Assembly: GCA_944325175.1 (NCBI GenBank)
Contig: CALUYZ010000005.1
Span: 15,484 to 79,483, forward strand
Direction of reading: 5' to 3'
DNA from: Candidatus Gastranaerophilales bacterium
GTDB lineage: Bacteria > Cyanobacteriota > Vampirovibrionia > Gastranaerophilales > Gastranaerophilaceae
DNA length: 64,000 bases
Positions 47,932-56,474 of this stretch are shown piece by piece. Positions within the stretch are counted from its first letter, which is position 1, and every line of letters begins with the position of its first letter. The notes beneath the pieces were generated by a model that did no database searches, was not told the DNA's origin, and was given only the letters and a program-made list of their open reading frames with translations. Both the position numbers and the translations under genes were made by a program.

Positions 47932-48390
47932 TTAGCCTTGAATTGTTCCGTTAAATGTTTCAAAAGGGTTTTTTGCTAATTGTGCTTCTTCTTTTGGTTC
48001 TGCTTGCTCAAGCGCTTGCATCTCGGGTTGAATGACTGTTGGCTCCATTTCTTTGATTGCTTGAGGAATGTCGTTTGCTGTTTCGTTATTATTTTCTGCT
48101 TGCGCTTGTTTGTCGTTGTTTTTGTTAAATAATCCAACGGCTTTATCTTTAATTGCAATAAATTCTTCTTTTTTTAGGCTTAATAAGGTTGTAGCTGCTG
48201 CGGCAAAAACACCTGCGATGCCTGCTTTTAAAATTCTTTTGCTTGTTTTCATGCCGTTAACCGCATCTTTTGCGGGTTTTGTTGCTAAAAATGCGCTTCC
48301 GGCTGAAAGCACTGTAGCAGCTCCAATGTATTTTGCTCTTGTTCTGTTTTCTTTATCTTGAAAAGCTGTTTGTATTGAATTTATTTGCAT
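47932..48390 (-). CDS. Small membrane protein (two small-residue-rich helices), paralog of 48404-48685
   Basis: A(F/Y)Q.KEN...I.AA...LS.G..LA..K....K..AGI..V pattern shared with the upstream gene. Acidic/Gln-rich tail. Confidence 0.6.
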   Translation of the reverse strand: MQINSIQTAFQDKENRTRAKYIGAATVLSAGSAFLATKPAKDAVNGMKTSKRILKAGIAGVFAAAATTLLSLKKEEFIAIKDKAVGLFNKNNDKQAQAENNNETANDIPQAIKEMEPTVIQPEMQALEQAEPKEEAQLAKNPFETFNGTIQG

Positions 48391-48403
48391 TTGTTTCCCC
48401 TTT

Positions 48404-48685
48404 TTAACCTTGATGTGTAAACAGTTTTCCTGCTTCTTTGTCGTATGCTGTCTGATTATCCGTATTTTTGTTTTTAAGTTTACTTACACCTGCTCTTATT
48501 GTGTCGATAACAACTGAAATTCCCGCCACAATTAAACCAACTTTGAGGGCATTTTTCGGGTTTTGTCCTTTATTAAAAGCTAAAGTTAAACCTGTGCTTA
48601 GTACTGCACTGCTTGCTGCATTTATTGCTACTTGTTTTGCATTTTCTTTTTGATATGCATTTGTGTATGAACCTTCTATGCGCAT
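48404..48685 (-). CDS. Small membrane protein, paralog of 47932-48390
   Basis: Same pattern as above. Start placed at MRIEGSY after AGGAAGG; the ORF extends to 48721. Confidence 0.55.
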   Translation of the reverse strand: MRIEGSYTNAYQKENAKQVAINAASSAVLSTGLTLAFNKGQNPKNALKVGLIVAGISVVIDTIRAGVSKLKNKNTDNQTAYDKEAGKLFTHQG

Positions 48686-48834
48686 TTTACACCCAACCTT
48701 CCTGTTGTAATTATAAAACATAAAATAAAATTTTTTTGCTATTATACCTTATTGCATTAGTTCTTATGTGCAATTTTTACATTTGTTAACTTTTAATAAA
48801 ATGCTTATGCTTGAGTATTTATGGGCGGTGTTTT

Positions 48835-49674
48835 ATGAAAAATGTATTAATCTTACTATTATTTGCACTTTTAACAGGTAGTCTTATTTATTTTGACAGC
48901 AGCAACAAAAATGATGTGGTTGTTGAATTTGAAAAGCTTAGACCCGTGAATGAAAAAATTAATGTTTACTATAATGGGTATAAAATAGGGCACTCAAGAA
49001 GATTTTTTCCTTGTGAAAATTCAAAAAGCATTTGTTTACTTATAAGTTTGAATAAAAATGCAATGTTTTTACCTGAAAATATTACTGCAAAAATGAAGCA
49101 GAAAAAAATTCATGACAGAAAATATGAAGATTATTTAGAAATTGTATACCCAAATGTTCCGTCAGATAAACCAATACGAGATGATATGGTAATTAAAGGC
49201 GAGCTTGCAAGCGGTTTTCATAATTATTTAAACGAAGAAGTTAATTTTTCTGATATGGAAGAATTAAAGCTTTCTCTCTCAAATTCTGTTCAAAATATAG
49301 AAAAAATGACAGCTTCCCTTGTTGATATTATGCAAAACATCGAAAGAACAACAAAAAAATCTGAATCCAATCTTGAAAACGCTTTTCAAAATGTTGATTC
49401 CACTACCAAAAATCTCTCCGACATAAGCAGCAAAATTAATTCATCCATAAATGAAACCTCCATGCAAGATATTATTCAAAATTTAGACGGCATCATGGGT
49501 AATATAAACGAATTTACAGCCGATTTTAACGATTCATCTTCCGACATTGGCGAAACCATAAGCTCAATCGAATCTATCACAAGAAACACAGATGAAATAA
49601 TTCAAGGTGTAAATTGCACTTTGAGAAAACCTTTCGGTGGTTTTCGGCTAATGTTTGGAAAAGTTGTAAGATAA
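48835..49674 (+). CDS. MlaD/MCE-domain-like protein with N-terminal anchor and helical C-terminal repeats
   Basis: N-terminal TM helix. MCE-like beta segment (VVVEFEKLRPVNEKINVYYNGYKIGHS). C-terminal N/S/T-rich helical repeats as in MCE proteins. No MlaE/MlaF partners adjacent. Confidence 0.5.
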   Translation: MKNVLILLLFALLTGSLIYFDSSNKNDVVVEFEKLRPVNEKINVYYNGYKIGHSRRFFPCENSKSICLLISLNKNAMFLPENITAKMKQKKIHDRKYEDYLEIVYPNVPSDKPIRDDMVIKGELASGFHNYLNEEVNFSDMEELKLSLSNSVQNIEKMTASLVDIMQNIERTTKKSESNLENAFQNVDSTTKNLSDISSKINSSINETSMQDIIQNLDGIMGNINEFTADFNDSSSDIGETISSIESITRNTDEIIQGVNCTLRKPFGGFRLMFGKVVR

Positions 49675-49797
49675 TACACACACTTTTGCATTTTTGTTGG
49701 TTCTTTATATTAAAGGTACATATTGTCTGTCTAAAATACTTTTTACCTTAATTGCTTACAAGTAGTGCCACTTTTTAAGTGGCACAAAGCTAAATTT

Positions 49798-50769
49798 CTA
49801 TTTTTTTACACAACGTACGAGATATAATTCTGATCGGGGACGCTTTCCTCGGTCGCCATTTACAAAAGCCTGATACCAAGCCATACCGGAATTGCCTGAT
49901 GATACGGTTGTGCTTGACCAGTATCTGCTTTTGCTTTCACTTAAATTAATTAATGGTGCATTTACAAATAAAGATGTCAGTTCATCTTTATCAGGTAGCC
50001 TTAAATTTTCTGCCATATTTTTGCACGCTGTTGGCGCATCGATTGTTTCTTTGTTTTCTGAATAGTGAGGCACTGTTGAAGCGTAATCTTTGTCATAAGG
50101 AACAGGTGCTACAACTACAGGGTTTTTATTGTAGAGTGCTGTCATAAACCCAATATCTTTACCTATTTCATTAGGTCCTTCTTTACCATTTAGGTCGTAT
50201 AAAAAATTTACACACATATTGTTTTGTGGATAGTGATTGATTGACACACTTGATGAACACATAGGATTATAGTAAACAGCGATAGATTCACCATTTACCG
50301 TTTCAAAAGCAGCAGCTTTAGTATCAACCACGCTTCCTTTTTCTCCGTCCACATGAAGCCCGTTTAATAATTGGCTATTTAACTCGCTCATTTTAGTTGG
50401 AAAACTAATTTCAGAAACTGCATCTAGTGTTGCAACTTTACTTGGAATACCGCAAGATGAAAGCTTATCAGGACCACAAACATTGTTTATTTTATAAACC
50501 TTTGATAATGCATCCAAAATAAAGCTTTCAGCTGCCGTATCTTCTGTTGCGGTTCCTTCTTCATTGGTTTCAAATGTTCCATATCCACCCAACGTATTCA
50601 TCTGCCCAATCGCTTGCGCCATTCTGGCATGAAGCGCTTTCCTCTGTGCATCCCATGCTTTTTCGTTAACATTTACAAGTAAACTAGGCAACGTAATTGC
50701 AGCCACAATGCCAATAATTGCCAAAGTAATTAAAACTTCAGCAAGCGTAAAGCCTCTTGTCTTTTTCAT
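49798..50769 (-). CDS. Prepilin-type N-terminal cleavage/methylation domain protein with DUF1566-like C-terminal domain (paralog P1)
   Basis: MKKTRG|FTLAEVLITLAIIGIVAAITLP (G-1, F+1, E+5). C-terminal RLPDKDEL.SLF....YWSST....AWYQ.F..G....VRCV pattern. Confidence 0.82.
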   Translation of the reverse strand: MKKTRGFTLAEVLITLAIIGIVAAITLPSLLVNVNEKAWDAQRKALHARMAQAIGQMNTLGGYGTFETNEEGTATEDTAAESFILDALSKVYKINNVCGPDKLSSCGIPSKVATLDAVSEISFPTKMSELNSQLLNGLHVDGEKGSVVDTKAAAFETVNGESIAVYYNPMCSSSVSINHYPQNNMCVNFLYDLNGKEGPNEIGKDIGFMTALYNKNPVVVAPVPYDKDYASTVPHYSENKETIDAPTACKNMAENLRLPDKDELTSLFVNAPLINLSESKSRYWSSTTVSSGNSGMAWYQAFVNGDRGKRPRSELYLVRCVKK

Positions 50770-50790
50770 ATCATTCTATCCTTTCAACTT

Positions 50791-50817
50791 TGCACCAATT
50801 TGAGCTAATTTGATGCA
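50791..50817. promoter_or_regulatory. Proximal 27-bp palindromic site upstream of P1
   Basis: TGCACCAA-N11-TTGATGCA. Confidence 0.6.
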
Positions 50818-50934
50818 AGGGGTTATATCCTTTATTGTTAGAGGGTTTTGTGGATTATAGAAATAAAAAATATTAAGGTTTATTGGTCTTGAATTAATAG
50901 TGAAACAATGATATATTGAGAAAAAGAAGTTAAA

Positions 50935-50961
50935 TGCACCAATATAGCTCATTTTGGTGCA
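50935..50961. promoter_or_regulatory. Distal 27-bp palindromic site upstream of P1
   Basis: TGCACCAA-N11-TTGGTGCA, with arms extendable to 11 bp. Confidence 0.6.
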
Positions 50962-51093
50962 TTTTTTGTGTATTTAAAAAATAGTGGGGTAATGGGGGTT
51001 AGATATAAAGGCTTTTTGAGATGAAGGGGTGAAGAAGTTGTTAAGAAATATGAGAAGTTTGCAATTTTTTATATTTTCCGGGTTTAAGAAGAT

Positions 51094-52734
51094 ATGAAAA
51101 TAAATGGTTTTAAAAATGATGTAAATTTTAAAGGTGCTACTATTAATATAAATGCATTATCAGATACTCATGGCAATTTAGAGCTTGCTGACAGAGGGTA
51201 TCAGACAATGATAAAGCATGAAAAAGATGTTTTCGAAAAGGAAGAAAAAGGGAAAGCTAATTTCTTGATAATTGGTGGTGATTGGTTTATATCAGGCGGG
51301 AAAACAGGATATTTAACAGACCCAAACAAGCCTTTGATGAAATTTCAAGGGGAAATGCTAAATAAATTTATTGGCAAAATTAAGGAAAAGTATCCAATGA
51401 CAAAAAGCATTTTTGTTCCTGGAAACCATGAAACAGATGGCGGAATTGAAATTTTTAGTCAAGCAATTAGGAATATTGATGCTGATGTGATTATAACAAA
51501 TATGGATTTTGAAAATTCTTTTCTTATGAAAGATGCCATAGACGAAGGAAGGGTAGTAGCCGAAAAAATAACGGTTGTTTCTGATGATAAGGACCCTGAA
51601 AAAAGCTATCCTGTATTAAATTTAGGAATCATGCCCGTAAACTTAGAATTTTATCTAAATGACCATACAGGCTTAGAATTAGTTGAAAATTGCAAAGTTC
51701 CCCAAAAATATGTAAGTTCAAATCAAACCCAAAAGACAAGAGCGCTTGTAAAAGCCAGAATTGAAGAATTTAAAGAAGAAAATCCAAACGGTATTGTTAT
51801 TTTAACTTGTCATACGGGTGTTAATTTAGCTGATAATCTTGCAAAAGAAACTCAAATTGACCTTGCTTTTGATGCGCATGAACATAAAGATGAAGTAAGA
51901 TATGTTAATGGAACTCCAATCGTGGCGCTTTCGCAAAATTTTCAAAAAATTGCTAATGCTAAAATAAAAATTGATGATGACGGAAAAAAAGAAATTACAA
52001 TTAAAGAACTAAGACCTACTGAGGGGCAATTTCAGCAAGGCGAGCTTGCTAAATTTTATAAAACACTTTTTGAAAAAGATGTGGCCCCGCAGTATTCAAT
52101 TACATCTGACGGAATAACTTCACTTTCTGTTGATAACATAAGAAACAGAAATAATCATTTAGCCAATTTTGTACTGGATTCAATTAGAGAAGAAATAAAA
52201 GAATACGACCCCGATGTTCAAATTTTTGCTCTAAATGCAAGCGCAATAAGATCCGGATTTAAAATTTCAAAAAATGAACCAAAAACTTCCCCTATAGAAA
52301 TTGCAAACTGTTTGGTTGGAATTAATCATAAAGTTGCAAATGTCGTTGTAAACAATGTTACAGGCAGGGAATTATCTTTTATGGTTTTAGATAATCTTTT
52401 ATTCAACAGGCTTGATACAGAGAAAAATCCTCTTATACATTATTCAGGCTTAAAAGTTGATAAAACAGGGCTTTTAGCTGCTTATGATAAAGGAATTATT
52501 GGTGAAGAACTTTGCAAATTTATAACTTTATCAGATACAGGCGAAACAATTAACCCTGATGAAAAATATAGAATTGCAAATGTTGAAAAATATTTTAATA
52601 AGTCCGTAAACGAAAAGATTAAGGAACTATACAGTGCATCTGAGCCTTTAAACATAAATATTCATGACCTGTTGAAAGAACATTTCAGAAAGCATCCAAA
52701 TATTCACTATACACCTGAAAACAGGCTATATTAG
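51094..52734 (+). CDS. Bifunctional metallophosphatase/5'-nucleotidase-like protein
   Basis: Calcineurin-like motifs SDTHGN, GGDWF and GNHE plus a C-terminal 5'-nucleotidase-like half. Confidence 0.65.
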   Translation: MKINGFKNDVNFKGATININALSDTHGNLELADRGYQTMIKHEKDVFEKEEKGKANFLIIGGDWFISGGKTGYLTDPNKPLMKFQGEMLNKFIGKIKEKYPMTKSIFVPGNHETDGGIEIFSQAIRNIDADVIITNMDFENSFLMKDAIDEGRVVAEKITVVSDDKDPEKSYPVLNLGIMPVNLEFYLNDHTGLELVENCKVPQKYVSSNQTQKTRALVKARIEEFKEENPNGIVILTCHTGVNLADNLAKETQIDLAFDAHEHKDEVRYVNGTPIVALSQNFQKIANAKIKIDDDGKKEITIKELRPTEGQFQQGELAKFYKTLFEKDVAPQYSITSDGITSLSVDNIRNRNNHLANFVLDSIREEIKEYDPDVQIFALNASAIRSGFKISKNEPKTSPIEIANCLVGINHKVANVVVNNVTGRELSFMVLDNLLFNRLDTEKNPLIHYSGLKVDKTGLLAAYDKGIIGEELCKFITLSDTGETINPDEKYRIANVEKYFNKSVNEKIKELYSASEPLNINIHDLLKEHFRKHPNIHYTPENRLY

Positions 52735-52739
52735 CAATA

Positions 52740-53564
52740 TTAATCTTCAAATTTTAAATTCAGATAATCTTTCAGTGCAAGTTTCCAATCTCTTAACATT
52801 TTGCCGTTATCCATAACAGAATATTTAGGTCGCACTGCGGGCCTTTTAAATTCTTCTGTTGTGCAAGGTTTAAGATTAACATCTAAATTGCTTAGTTCAA
52901 AAATTGTTTTTGCAAAATTATACCAAGTGGTGGGTTTTCCGCCGCCTGAGAGATGATATATTCCATAAGGCTTATTTAATAATGTCATAATTGCACCGGC
53001 TAAATCCATTGTCCAAGTAGGCGTTCCCCATTGATCGTCAACAACTTTTAATTCATCTTTATCTTTAAGAGAAAGCATAGTATCAACAAAGTTTTTGCCA
53101 TACATGCCATAAAGCCAGCTTGTTCTTGCTATATAGTATTTTTTGCAATGTTTTTTTACAAGTTCTTCCCCTTGTAGTTTGGTTTTGCCGTATACGTTTA
53201 TTGGATTTGTTGCATCTGTGGGCAGATATGGAGAATTCTTTTCTCCGTCAAAAACGTAATCTGTTGAAATGTAGATGATAGGAATATCAATTTTGCTTGC
53301 GCTAAGAGCAATATTTTCCGTTCCTATAACATTAATAAGCTCGGCTTTTTCTTTTTCTTCTTCAGCTTTATCAACATTTGTGTATGCTGCAAGATGAATA
53401 ATTAAATCAGGGTGAGCTTTTAGAACAAATTCCTCAACTTCTTCTTTTTTTGTAATATCTAAATTATCAATATCTGTTTCTATTAGAAAACAACCTAAAT
53501 CTTCCAGTGTTGGGCAAAGATCTTGCCCTAACATGCCTTTTGCGCCTGTTATTAAAACTTTCAT
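52740..53564 (-). CDS. rfbD: dTDP-4-dehydrorhamnose reductase
   Basis: MKVLITGAKGMLG and STDYVFDG...Y...K. RmlD-like throughout. Confidence 0.88.
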   Translation of the reverse strand: MKVLITGAKGMLGQDLCPTLEDLGCFLIETDIDNLDITKKEEVEEFVLKAHPDLIIHLAAYTNVDKAEEEKEKAELINVIGTENIALSASKIDIPIIYISTDYVFDGEKNSPYLPTDATNPINVYGKTKLQGEELVKKHCKKYYIARTSWLYGMYGKNFVDTMLSLKDKDELKVVDDQWGTPTWTMDLAGAIMTLLNKPYGIYHLSGGGKPTTWYNFAKTIFELSNLDVNLKPCTTEEFKRPAVRPKYSVMDNGKMLRDWKLALKDYLNLKFED

Positions 53565-54118
53565 AATAAATCCTCTTTATTTATTTCAGCAATAGTTTTT
53601 GCAATTTTATCTTTTTCTGATAATTTTGGTTCAAAATCAATATCCCAGTCTATGTTTATGTCTTTGTCGCACCATAAGATGCTCATCTCGTCTTTTGGGC
53701 TATAATCGCCTGAAACTTTATACATAACTTCAACAGTTTCAGAAAGCGCAACAAAACCATGAGCAAAACCTTTGGGAATAAAAAGCTGATGTTTGTTTTC
53801 CTCGGTTAATTTCTTTTTTGTCCATTTTAAAAATGTAGGTGAATTAACCCTTATATCAACCGCAACGTCTATTATTTCACCTTTTGTGCAGCGAACGAGT
53901 TTTGCTTGCGGGTTTGGATTTTTTTGATAATGTAAACCTCTTAAAACCCCAAAAGATGATTTTGAGTGGTTATCTTGAATAAAAATTTCATTAATTCCGA
54001 TATCTTTAAAATCTTTTTCTTTATAGGTTTCAAGAAAAAACCCTCTTGTATCGCCAAAAACCTTTGGTTTAACTAAAATAACGCCGTCTAATTCTGTTTT
54101 TTCAAATTCAAAAGGCAT
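53561..54118 (-). CDS. rfbC: dTDP-4-dehydrorhamnose 3,5-epimerase
   Basis: FGDTRGFFLETY, LRGLHYQ and GFAHGF motifs. 4-nt overlap with rfbD. Confidence 0.9.
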   Translation of the reverse strand: MPFEFEKTELDGVILVKPKVFGDTRGFFLETYKEKDFKDIGINEIFIQDNHSKSSFGVLRGLHYQKNPNPQAKLVRCTKGEIIDVAVDIRVNSPTFLKWTKKKLTEENKHQLFIPKGFAHGFVALSETVEVMYKVSGDYSPKDEMSILWCDKDINIDWDIDFEPKLSEKDKIAKTIAEINKEDLL

Positions 54119-54199
54119 TTAAAAACCCCCAAATAATTATTTATAAAAAGTATACACTTAAAATAAGTTATTTTCAAAATTTTATTGTAAACTTAATTT

Positions 54200-54982
54200 A
54201 TGACAATAAAACAAATTATAATTTCTTTAATTTTATTATTGGCAATTTACGGATTTTTAATAGAGCCTAATTTGATTATGGTTAAAAAATTAACCATAAA
54301 ATCTGATGATATTAAAAATTTTAAAATAGTCTTTGTTTCAGATTTTCACCTCTCAAAACAAGCAAAATTGAGGCTTAATAGGATTGTTAAAAAAGTTAAC
54401 GAACAAAAACCGGATGTCGTTATTTCAGGCGGTGATTATGTCATTATGCATAATGCAAAATTTTCAATGGATATGAACTATGCCGCAGAAAAATTAGCTG
54501 AAATTAATTCAAGGTATGGCATTTACTCTGTTATGGGCAACCATGACTATCATAAAGATAATAAATATATAAAAAATGCCCTAACAAACCATGGAATAAA
54601 AGTTTTAGAAAATGAAAACGCAAAAATTATTCACAACGACAAACCAATTTACATTGCAGGCATTTCTGACATGCAAACAACCTTTTATGACCTTGATAAG
54701 GCACTAAAAGGAACAAAACTTCCTATTATTTTGGTTTCTCACTCGCCTGACATAACCCCAAAAGCAAAAGGCAGAGTAAACCTTGTTTTATCGGGGCATA
54801 CCCATGGCGGGCAAGTAAGAATTCCCTTCATAGGTCCAATTATAGTGCCTTCTAAATATGGCGATAAATATGCATCAGGTTTTATTGATAACTTTACATA
54901 CACAACAAAAGGTCTCGGCACAAGCATTTTACACCTGAGATTTAATTGCGCACCTGAAATTTTAGTTGTTGAATATAAATAA
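54200..54982 (+). CDS. Membrane-anchored metallophosphoesterase (YkuE/YaeI-like)
   Basis: SDFHL, GGDY, GNHD and GHTHGGQ motifs. N-terminal TM helix. Confidence 0.8.
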   Translation: MTIKQIIISLILLLAIYGFLIEPNLIMVKKLTIKSDDIKNFKIVFVSDFHLSKQAKLRLNRIVKKVNEQKPDVVISGGDYVIMHNAKFSMDMNYAAEKLAEINSRYGIYSVMGNHDYHKDNKYIKNALTNHGIKVLENENAKIIHNDKPIYIAGISDMQTTFYDLDKALKGTKLPIILVSHSPDITPKAKGRVNLVLSGHTHGGQVRIPFIGPIIVPSKYGDKYASGFIDNFTYTTKGLGTSILHLRFNCAPEILVVEYK

Positions 54983-55146
54983 TCTGAATTAATTATCCTT
55001 TAACCTAAGCTATATATTCTATAATCTCAATTAATTTACACTGTAATCATTTTTATGGAATAAAAAAGCGTTGCTTTATATAACAACGCCTGATTGTGAT
55101 AAATTATGCATAATATAAAAATATTTTTTCTTCTGTAATATCAATT

Positions 55147-56118
55147 TTATTTCTCAACACAACGTACATAATGCGTATCTGAACGTTTGCCACGGGAAAG
55201 ATGCCCAACATTGAAGTTTTGGTACCATGCCAAACCGGACGACCCAAGTGAAATTACAGAACCTGACCAATAGCCACTTATACTTTTATTTAGTTCAATA
55301 AGTGGGGAGTTAATAAAAAGCGATGCCAGTTCATCTTTATCAGGAAGTCTTAAATCTTCTGACATAGTTTTGCAAACAGCTTGTGCATCAACCGCCTCTG
55401 TTTCTGTTGAATATTGTTGCACAGTCGATTTATAATCAGTACTGTAGGGAATAGGTGCCACAACTATAGGGCTCTTATTATTAAAAGCTGTTATGAAACC
55501 AATATCTTTTCCTACTTGATTAGGACCTTCGCTACCATTTAAGTCATAAACAAAATTAACACACATTCTGTTTTTGCTGTAGTGATCAAAGGTTTTATCA
55601 GAGCTGCATAGTGGATTATAAAAAACTGCTATTGATTCCCCATTTACTGTTTCAAAAGCAGCCGCTTTTGTATCAGCAACATCACCTTCTTCGCCTTCAT
55701 AACGTTGTCCGTTTAACAATTTATCATTCAGTTCACTCATCTTTGTCGGAAAAGTAAGCTCAGATGTTCCGTTTAAAGTTGTAATTTTACTTGGAATACC
55801 GCAAGATGAAAGTTTATCGGGTCCGCAAACATTGTTAATCTTATAAACCTTTGACAATGCATCTAAAATAAAACTCTCAGCTGCCGTATCAACCGTTGCG
55901 GTTCCTTCTTCATTGGTTTCAAATGTTCCATATCCACCTAATGTATTCATCTGCCCTATTGCTTGAGCTAATCTTGCATGAAGAGCTTTTTTCTGTGCAT
56001 CCCATGCTTTTTCGTTAACATTTACAAGTAAACTAGGCAAAGTAATTGCTGCTACAATACCAATAATTGCTAACGTAATCAAAATTTCAGCTAAAGTAAA
56101 CCCTGTTTTCTTTTTCAT
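55147..56118 (-). CDS. Prepilin-type/DUF1566-like protein (paralog P2)
   Basis: MKKKTG|FTLAEILITLAIIGIVAAITLP. The first ~110 aa are near-identical to P1/P3 and the C-terminus has diverged. Start moved to the ATG after AAAGG; the ORF extends to 56178. Confidence 0.8.
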   Translation of the reverse strand: MKKKTGFTLAEILITLAIIGIVAAITLPSLLVNVNEKAWDAQKKALHARLAQAIGQMNTLGGYGTFETNEEGTATVDTAAESFILDALSKVYKINNVCGPDKLSSCGIPSKITTLNGTSELTFPTKMSELNDKLLNGQRYEGEEGDVADTKAAAFETVNGESIAVFYNPLCSSDKTFDHYSKNRMCVNFVYDLNGSEGPNQVGKDIGFITAFNNKSPIVVAPIPYSTDYKSTVQQYSTETEAVDAQAVCKTMSEDLRLPDKDELASLFINSPLIELNKSISGYWSGSVISLGSSGLAWYQNFNVGHLSRGKRSDTHYVRCVEK

Positions 56119-56282
56119 CAAAATTACCTTTCTTTTATCAGCAAATTTAAAAAAATGTATAATGAAGCAATACTTCACATATAGTTATATTATCATCTTT
56201 TCACCTTGGCTTCAATGTATGAATTATAAATTATTATTTTAGCTTTTTGTACCACTATTACGGAATTATATTGCAACAAAAA

Positions 56283-56309
56283 TGCACCAAAATGAGCTAT
56301 CTTGGTGCA
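56283..56309. promoter_or_regulatory. Distal 27-bp palindromic site upstream of P3
   Basis: TGCACCAA-aatgagctatc-TTGGTGCA. Confidence 0.6.
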
Positions 56310-56426
56310 TTTAACTTCTTTTTCTCAATATATCATTGTTTCACTATTAATTCAAGACCAATAAACCTTAATATTTTTTATTTCTATAATCCACAAAACC
56401 CTCTAACAATAAAGGATATAACCCCT

Positions 56427-56453
56427 TGCATCAAATTAGCTCAAATTGGTGCA
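56427..56453. promoter_or_regulatory. Proximal 27-bp palindromic site in the P3 leader
   Basis: TGCATCAA-attagctcaaa-TTGGTGCA. The asymmetric core TAGCTC is the reverse complement of the distal-site core GAGCTA. Confidence 0.6.
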
Positions 56454-56474
56454 AAGTTGAAAGGATAGAATGAT

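Larger units (their letters stand above)
50770..50968. repeat. Upstream region of P1, inverted copy of 56276-56474
   Basis: The reverse complement matches the P3 upstream region with one substitution over ~190 nt, by manual segment-by-segment comparison. Confidence 0.9.
56276..56474. repeat. Upstream region of P3, inverted copy of 50770-50968
   Basis: See 50770-50968. Contains a TATAAT at 56385-56390 oriented toward P3. Confidence 0.9.
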
